From the NCBI GenBank assembly GCA_049598575.1, contig JBMYNT010000002.1, positions 699 to 64,698 of the forward strand: a stretch of DNA of 64,000 nucleotides, written 5' to 3'. This DNA is from Candidatus Poseidoniaceae archaeon. Lineage in GTDB: Archaea; Thermoplasmatota; Poseidoniia; Poseidoniales; Poseidoniaceae. Positions 57,811 to 64,000 of this stretch are shown here, in pieces. Each line of letters starts with the position of its first letter. Position 1 is the stretch's first letter. A program made the position numbers and the translations under genes. The notes under the pieces were generated by a model that saw nothing but the letters and a program-made list of their open reading frames with translations, ran no database searches and was not told where the DNA came from.

Positions 57811-58848
57811 GTGACAGCAGAAGCCCATTACTTGGATGCGCTTGAAGCACTTGATGCGGAAAACCGCGAAGAGGCGCTCAAGCATGCTCGAAAGGCGGTC
57901 AAACTTGACCCCGAACATGCTGATGCTTGGAGAGTCATTTCTGATGCGAGTCTTCCAGGATCTCGACTGCAACCAACCTTGAAGCAAGCTGCTTCCTCAC
58001 TCTCTGCTGCGAAAAAAGTGGTTGCTCTCCAACCAGATGATCTGGCCATGTGGGTTCGAGGAGGACGATTGCTTTCAGATGAACTTGGTTTGTACATGGA
58101 TGCGCTTCAATGGTGGCAAGATGCACGTCATCATGCACCAGAAGAGGTCACACCGATTGTTGAGCAAGCAGCTATTCTTGCAGATATGGGACTTTACAGT
58201 GAAGCAAGCGATCGGTTGCAGTCCATTTTTGATGAAAACATGGACCTTGCTACAACGCAGTATGCACGCGTTGCACGATTGCATCAAATGTGTCAATTGG
58301 CCAGTGAACAACCGTCCTCTGAGCATTTCAAACCGTGGGAGAAACATCACGACGGTTGGGAAGCCATCAAGATGCGAATGAACAAACCGCCGATCAGTGA
58401 ATCGAAAATCTTCCTTCTCATCACTACGCCAATCCTCATGCTGGAAGTCATCATGGCACCACAGTTGTTCGGTTCTGGGTTCGGAGGTTTCTGTCTTACC
58501 TCCTTACTCATCCTTACGACCGTCATCTTTGGAATGCGAATCTCGAGGCGATGGTTCCAGCGGCTCAACAGGCCTGCTTTCAATCTCTTACGAGCTATGG
58601 ACTTCGAAACTGCAACAGGCTATGTTGTCATACCAGAAGAGATTCGAATTTCGAAACTGTTCATGTTCATTCTCAGCAGAAGGCCACCCGCATTCCAAGA
58701 TCGAATGCTGAAAATTGTTGATGCAAAAGAGACCTTCAAGGGCGATTGGAAGCCCAAGTTACCTGACTTCTCTTCACATAAGTCCGATGAAGCCCCATTC
58801 TGGGAAGAAGAACAGGATGAGGATCTCACCTCATTTGAAGAGGAATAG
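57811..58848 (+). CDS. Tetratricopeptide-repeat protein with two TM helices
   Basis: AVKLDPEHADAW and ALQPDDLAMW TPR-like units; TM hairpin near residues 200-245. Confidence 0.7.
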   Translation: MTAEAHYLDALEALDAENREEALKHARKAVKLDPEHADAWRVISDASLPGSRLQPTLKQAASSLSAAKKVVALQPDDLAMWVRGGRLLSDELGLYMDALQWWQDARHHAPEEVTPIVEQAAILADMGLYSEASDRLQSIFDENMDLATTQYARVARLHQMCQLASEQPSSEHFKPWEKHHDGWEAIKMRMNKPPISESKIFLLITTPILMLEVIMAPQLFGSGFGGFCLTSLLILTTVIFGMRISRRWFQRLNRPAFNLLRAMDFETATGYVVIPEEIRISKLFMFILSRRPPAFQDRMLKIVDAKETFKGDWKPKLPDFSSHKSDEAPFWEEEQDEDLTSFEEE

Positions 58849-58853
58849 ATTGC

Positions 58854-60128
58854 TCAGGTTCCTGCAGTATAATCGTCCTTGTATTCGATTTGGTCAGCAG
58901 TGAGCGTGTCAATGCTTACACCGATCGTTGCGAGTTTGGTGGTTGCTAAGTCTTGATCTTGTTCAAGGGTAATGTCGTAGACGTTGTGGTCCATATCCTT
59001 GGCTTCAGCAGCGAGTCTGCACAACGAAAGGAATTGATTTGCGAAGGACATATCCATGACTTCGGAAGGATGGCCTTCAGCAGCTGCAAGGTTCACGAGG
59101 CGTCCTCGAGCAAGAAGATGGATTTTGTTTCCATTTGCTAGGGTGAATTCTTCGTTATCCTTTCGAATGGTTCGAACGGAGGTCGAGAGGTTCTCAAGTG
59201 CAACGACATCGATTTCACAATCGTAATGCCCAGTGTTGGATACGATGGCACCATCTTTCATCGTTGCAAAGTGGCGCTCGACAATGATGTCTTTCATTCC
59301 GGTCGCGGTACAGAAGATGTCACCCAATGGTGCAGCATCGTCCATGGTCATGACCTTGTAGCCATCCATAACGGCTCGGAGTGCAGCGAGTGGATCCACT
59401 TCTGTGACAATGACGTTGGCTCCAAGGCCACGAGCACGCATAGCAACACCTTTTCCACAGTGACCGTACCCTGCGACCACCATTGTTTTCCCTGCAATAA
59501 GGACAGAGGTTGCTCGTAAGATTCCATCGAGCGTTGATTGTCCAGTCCCGTAGACGTTGTCAAAGTCCCACTTGGTTACAGCATCGTTGACGGCAATGAC
59601 AGGATACTTGAGGTCCCCAGCAGCAGCCATTGCTCGAAGTCGGTGCACACCTGTTGTGGTTTCTTCTGTTCCACCGAGAACACCTTCTGCATACTCAGAG
59701 CGTTCACCATGGACACGGACGATCAAATCGGCTCCATCATCTAGCGTGAGTGTTGGCTTGAACTCTAGGGTCTTGTCAATGCACCAATAGAAATCATCAA
59801 CGCTTTGACCATGCCAAGCATACACAGAATAGCCTTCACGGGCAAGCCAAGCAGCAACATCGTCTTGTGTTGACAAAGGATTGCAACCGGACCAAGAAAG
59901 CTCAGCGCCTGCAGCAGCAATGGTTTCGACCAACACAGCGGTCTCTTTGGTCACATGTAAACAGCCTGCTACACGCATTCCTGCCAGTGGTTTCGTGCGT
60001 TCGGCTTCTTCTCGAAGTGCTGCAAGAACCGGCATTCTGGAACGAGCCCAATCAACTCTCAATGATCCTTCATCTGCAAGTCCAATGTTGCGAACGGCAT
60101 AGCCATCACCCGTATCCAAACCTTCCAT
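58854..60128 (-). CDS. ahcY: Adenosylhomocysteinase
   Basis: CLHVTKET, CNPLSTQD, LDDGAD, EETTTG, FDNVYGTGQS, GRLVNLAAAEGHP. Confidence 0.97.
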   Translation of the reverse strand: MEGLDTGDGYAVRNIGLADEGSLRVDWARSRMPVLAALREEAERTKPLAGMRVAGCLHVTKETAVLVETIAAAGAELSWSGCNPLSTQDDVAAWLAREGYSVYAWHGQSVDDFYWCIDKTLEFKPTLTLDDGADLIVRVHGERSEYAEGVLGGTEETTTGVHRLRAMAAAGDLKYPVIAVNDAVTKWDFDNVYGTGQSTLDGILRATSVLIAGKTMVVAGYGHCGKGVAMRARGLGANVIVTEVDPLAALRAVMDGYKVMTMDDAAPLGDIFCTATGMKDIIVERHFATMKDGAIVSNTGHYDCEIDVVALENLSTSVRTIRKDNEEFTLANGNKIHLLARGRLVNLAAAEGHPSEVMDMSFANQFLSLCRLAAEAKDMDHNVYDITLEQDQDLATTKLATIGVSIDTLTADQIEYKDDYTAGT

Positions 60129-60188
60129 GACTCTTGCGAGTACTCTGGGTTTTTCAACCCATCTTCATGGCCACGGGGCCACTGGCAT

Positions 60189-63100
60189 CTATTGCTGCTG
60201 TTGGGCTTGTGCAGCATACTGCTGTGCATATTGCGCAGCCGTCGCCTCATCGTAACCCTGAGCAACGAATTGCTGGTAATACTGGTTGTAGTATTGCGTG
60301 TACAAATCGTTGCTTGCAGCTGCAGGTGCGGCAGCGGCTGGCGCTGCGGCTGCTGCAGATTGGCCCACATATTGGGCAGCATAGGCACGTGCGGTCTCTT
60401 CAGGATAACCTTGAGCGATCAATTGCTGGACGTACTGTTCCGTCATATCCATCTCTTGGCCATAGCCTGCGGCAGCAGCACTGAGGTTGTCGACCTTGTC
60501 ACCACTTCCACCACGGAGGAAGAAGACTGTTACAAGCAGAAGGACGAGAATAGTCGCAATGATGCCGACAATGAGCATCAGGCTGCTTTCTTCTGTATCT
60601 TCGCCTCCTTGATTGTCCGTGCTTGGCTCAGACCATGTTCCGGTCTCAGGGTCGTATTCCCATTCACCAATCCAGTCACACTCAGAGGTGGTTGAGTTCC
60701 ATGCAAATTCACCGCCGGCAGCGAGAGCGCTCTCGTTGGCGAGTACACCACGACATTGCTTGAGGTTGATGAGAACCATCTTGGTCAAATCATCGGACCA
60801 TCGCTCATCGTCCCCTTCGTAGACTCGAACCCAGATCTCAACAACTTCACTCGTATTGCTGTAGAACTCATCAATGTTCAGTGTCAATTCGAACGTATCC
60901 GAGTCAGCAAGAGCATCGGTACGGTCAAACTTGCTGTCTGTAATGAGGTTGTACTTCTCAATCGCAGATGCCGAGAAGTCCTCTCGCGAGAAGGCTGCTT
61001 CGACGTAAACCTCACCGGTTTCCGATCCTGAGAGGATGGTTCCGGTGATGGTGTAGGTTGATTCGCTTACGCCAACAGATGTGTTCTCGAAATCATTGTA
61101 CTGAACGACTGGGATTTCATCCCCGTATCCTTCAGGTACGACGACGAAGTACATTCGGAACTTGTCCGAGAACTTACCGGATGCATCGTAGACACGAAGT
61201 TCCATACGAATCTGCGACTCTGCTGTTCCTGAATCGTCAACGGTAACGTTCTGGAATTTGTACGAGAAGAGACCGTTGCTTGCAGCGGATTCTTCGAACG
61301 TGTGTCCTTCCAAATTGAACGAGGTGTCACCGTACGGAGCGTCGAAGAAGACCTTCCATTCGTAGGTAACAATTCCGTTGGTTCCATCGATTGCATCTGC
61401 ATCGAACGATTCGCTTGCATCGAAGTGGAGAACAAGTTCACCCGCTTCGGAGAGAATCACTCGGTTGACGTCCCATTCTGTGCTGGAAACTGTCTTCGTT
61501 CCGATGTACTCGATGTTGTCTGCGTACTCGTCACGCATGTCGATGCTCATGTTGGCTTCAGGTGCGAATGCGTCAGCGAGGACATCGTTAGTTTCGACAT
61601 CGACAGTGATGATTCGAGCGTGTCCTGCTTCATCGTGCAGAAGCAGAGTTACAGTCCATGTAGCACCTTGGAGACATCCTGTTGCGGACGACAAGTCGGT
61701 CTTACAAAAGGTCGCTGATGGGGAGGCTTCCGAAATGTGATCGGTTCCACTTGCCATGGTTTGACCCATCCAGTCGGTTGGACCGTCAAGAATCCAATCG
61801 GCTGTGAGCGTTGCTGAGGTAGCTGTTGTGTAACCGAAGTTGACGGTCGCATCGCTCTTCATGTAGTGCGTAGCATAGCCACCGGTTGATGGATCAATAC
61901 CAGGCATTTCACCATCAATGGTCAGTCCGAGATCTTGGCCCATAGCACCGAATCCTTCTGGATAAGGCGTGACGGAGTAGGACAGCATGTTTCCGAGAAG
62001 TGGGAAGGTTGTGCTGTCTGCTCGAGACGAGTAGGTCGATACGTCAATGGTGGAAACGATCATTCCACCTTGGTAGTAACTGCATGTTCCCATGATGACG
62101 TCCTTGCTGTTCGCATCGGTTCGCAGCAGGCTCTGGAAGAATCCGCCATCCTCCATGTATCCATTACAGACACCTGGAACGTTTTGCGTGCTCACAGAGT
62201 TTGTGTTGAGAACAGCTGTTGCGACGGTTCCATCACCCTCGAAGCCTTGGAAGGCGGTCGTAGACACATCGTCCATGATTGGGTGGAATGGGTCCGCAAT
62301 GTCGAGGCCTGTGTAGAGAATCTTGGTCTCAGGCGTGTTTCGGCTCTGGACGTCCATACCAAACGGTAGTCGTCCGTTCAATCCAACGTCAAGACCGTAG
62401 ATTTGGCTTCCTTGAGGACCAAGGTGAGCTTGTACAGTACCTCCAGCGGACATGAACGACTCGAGCGTTTGTCGGTTGGCAGTGGAGCCGAGCTTCTGGT
62501 AGTAACCACGGCCGCCGCTTTCAACGTCCTTTGCAGCGATGTCTTCTTGCCATGGCAAGAGAATCTTGTCGTAGTGAGTCATCCATCCTGAGTCGAGGTA
62601 AGTGGTCCAATCGTTGATGCCGTACTGTGTGTAGGACATGCCCAAGAGTTGGAGATCCTGCTTGATGGTTGAGGTACGTGCGGTTGAATCACCGAGGATG
62701 GCAACGTCGATTTGGTCTGCAAAGGTTGCATGGAAGTAACGAACGTTACCGCTTGGGTTTCCGTTGGCAAGTTCAGCGTGGAAACTGATGTTGTAGGTGT
62801 GGCCATCCATCCAGCCGTTGTACGCAGGGAACGTCAAGTCAATGCGCTCGTTGGATGCGAGTGTTGTGGTCGTTGGAGCAGAAGATGCTTGGTAAACTTG
62901 GGTTCCGTCTGTCTCGTCAAAGACGGTCATGTAGAACATGTAATCGCCAGCCAACACACCGTTGGTTGCCTTGAGGTCCCAGTTGTGTGTCAAACTTCCA
63001 TCGATTGGGAGGACACAAGCATAGACACCATCATCCAAGCACGCAAGTGTGCTTGGCTTACCGAGTGTGATGTCAACCGATTCAACGTTGAAGATCACTT

Positions 63101-64000
63101 GCTCGATGTTGTTGGCGTTGCTCATTTCGTTGTCGCCAAACCATGGAACGCCAGCGGTGGTGTTGTCGAAGATGGTCTCAGCACGAATCATGTAGACACC
63201 GGAGAAGAACTCGTGGTTGGCAACAGTGGTCGTTGCAACGTCTTCTGCATCGACGTTGGTTCGTGAAACGGTGTAGGATGCATCTTCGTAGAAGGTGAAC
63301 TCCTGCAATGTGATGTTGTTGAAAGCAACACCCTTGAATCCGTCGTTGATACCGTTGCGGCCATCACCGTCACTCTGGAACTCGAAGTTGATATCAACGG
63401 TCGAGCCTGCGAGCGAGATGCACTCACGGAACCACTGCAAGCTGTCTGCAGCAGTGTTGTTGAGGACGTACAGGTGCGTCAAGTCGATGCTTCGGCTTAG
63501 AACAAGGTCGTCTGTGTTGAAGAAGACGTTGTAGTTACCGGCAGATCCGTCTGTGCTTGCAGAGTCACCGATAAAGGAAATCTCTGCTTGATTAATGGAT
63601 TCGCTTGAGTTCGTGAATCCGTCACCGTTATCGTCGTTGCGGCAGGTTCCGTCTTCGTCGTAGTCGTTCCACTGTCCGAGAAGGACACCAGAGTATGTGT
63701 CACTGCCCTTGGTGAAATCAACGTTGATGGAAGCGTAGTCGTTGACATCGACAATGGATGTTCCGTCGACATCGATACCGTAGAAGGTGTCTGCATAGTA
63801 CTCGAAGTTCAGTGAAACGAAGTCACCGGACATGCTTGTCAAATCAACACCAGGGATGGTGAGCGTCTCGTTTTCCCACAAGTCGCCGTATCCTTGCGTT
63901 GCCGTATCACATGGGTGACCGAACCAGTATGCGTTGTTGTTGAAGATGAGATCGTTGCAAGTCGCTTCGTTGTAGATGGCACCTTGTGGGTTGCCATCGT
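60189..64000 (-). CDS. Giant cell-surface protein (C-terminal part; 5' end beyond window) with PKD-like domain, TM anchor and Tyr/Gln-rich cytoplasmic repeats
   Basis: Frame stays open to the window end; LHFDASESFDAD...IVTYEW PKD-like motif; TM; two YxQQxxAQGYxExxAxxYAxQY repeats. Confidence 0.8.
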   Translation of the reverse strand, partial: DGNPQGAIYNEATCNDLIFNNNAYWFGHPCDTATQGYGDLWENETLTIPGVDLTSMSGDFVSLNFEYYADTFYGIDVDGTSIVDVNDYASINVDFTKGSDTYSGVLLGQWNDYDEDGTCRNDDNGDGFTNSSESINQAEISFIGDSASTDGSAGNYNVFFNTDDLVLSRSIDLTHLYVLNNTAADSLQWFRECISLAGSTVDINFEFQSDGDGRNGINDGFKGVAFNNITLQEFTFYEDASYTVSRTNVDAEDVATTTVANHEFFSGVYMIRAETIFDNTTAGVPWFGDNEMSNANNIEQVIFNVESVDITLGKPSTLACLDDGVYACVLPIDGSLTHNWDLKATNGVLAGDYMFYMTVFDETDGTQVYQASSAPTTTTLASNERIDLTFPAYNGWMDGHTYNISFHAELANGNPSGNVRYFHATFADQIDVAILGDSTARTSTIKQDLQLLGMSYTQYGINDWTTYLDSGWMTHYDKILLPWQEDIAAKDVESGGRGYYQKLGSTANRQTLESFMSAGGTVQAHLGPQGSQIYGLDVGLNGRLPFGMDVQSRNTPETKILYTGLDIADPFHPIMDDVSTTAFQGFEGDGTVATAVLNTNSVSTQNVPGVCNGYMEDGGFFQSLLRTDANSKDVIMGTCSYYQGGMIVSTIDVSTYSSRADSTTFPLLGNMLSYSVTPYPEGFGAMGQDLGLTIDGEMPGIDPSTGGYATHYMKSDATVNFGYTTATSATLTADWILDGPTDWMGQTMASGTDHISEASPSATFCKTDLSSATGCLQGATWTVTLLLHDEAGHARIITVDVETNDVLADAFAPEANMSIDMRDEYADNIEYIGTKTVSSTEWDVNRVILSEAGELVLHFDASESFDADAIDGTNGIVTYEWKVFFDAPYGDTSFNLEGHTFEESAASNGLFSYKFQNVTVDDSGTAESQIRMELRVYDASGKFSDKFRMYFVVVPEGYGDEIPVVQYNDFENTSVGVSESTYTITGTILSGSETGEVYVEAAFSREDFSASAIEKYNLITDSKFDRTDALADSDTFELTLNIDEFYSNTSEVVEIWVRVYEGDDERWSDDLTKMVLINLKQCRGVLANESALAAGGEFAWNSTTSECDWIGEWEYDPETGTWSEPSTDNQGGEDTEESSLMLIVGIIATILVLLLVTVFFLRGGSGDKVDNLSAAAAGYGQEMDMTEQYVQQLIAQGYPEETARAYAAQYVGQSAAAAAPAAAAPAAASNDLYTQYYNQYYQQFVAQGYDEATAAQYAQQYAAQAQQQQ

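Noticed and set aside
57021..57845. 274-aa alternative-frame ORF with VVET/AVDS repeats
   Set aside because: Frame-shifted reading of the RGG repeats; the zinc-finger frame has far stronger motif support
1..64000. tRNA, rRNA, IS elements, integrase or provirus
   Set aside because: Intergenic gaps are short and promoter-like; no cloverleaf, transposase or viral motifs recognised by eye (covariance-model search not run)

Overview
Gene-dense, approximately 50% GC archaeal chromosome segment. Gene content points to Marine Group II Euryarchaeota (Ca. Poseidoniales); this is inferred from archaeal PurP, AroA'/AroB', RibL, Gar1 and GGAGGTGA RBSs alongside bacterial-type GpsA, Orn and RibE, plus many secreted proteases and surface proteins. 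No rRNA, tRNA, CRISPR or mobile element was recognised. It carries housekeeping and metabolic blocks: partial TDO, purP, an aro/lysC operon, a MoxR-DUF58-DUF4350 operon, an hcrCAB-like molybdoenzyme with XdhC/MocA/MoeB, two S8 proteases, a rib operon, gpsA and ahcY. The main finding is a 'phnDCE'-like ABC operon (49191-51903). Its lipoprotein reads as a single-lobe transferrin with all four Fe ligands and the anion-binding helix conserved, and its promoter is flanked by two 18-bp DtxR-type palindromes, making it a candidate archaeal transferrin-based iron uptake system. A second highlight is a Gar1 domain fused to two FUS/TAF15-like RanBP2 zinc fingers and RGG repeats (56780-57799). All calls come from motif recognition by eye; no database searches were run. 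Many start codons were refined relative to the supplied ORF track.
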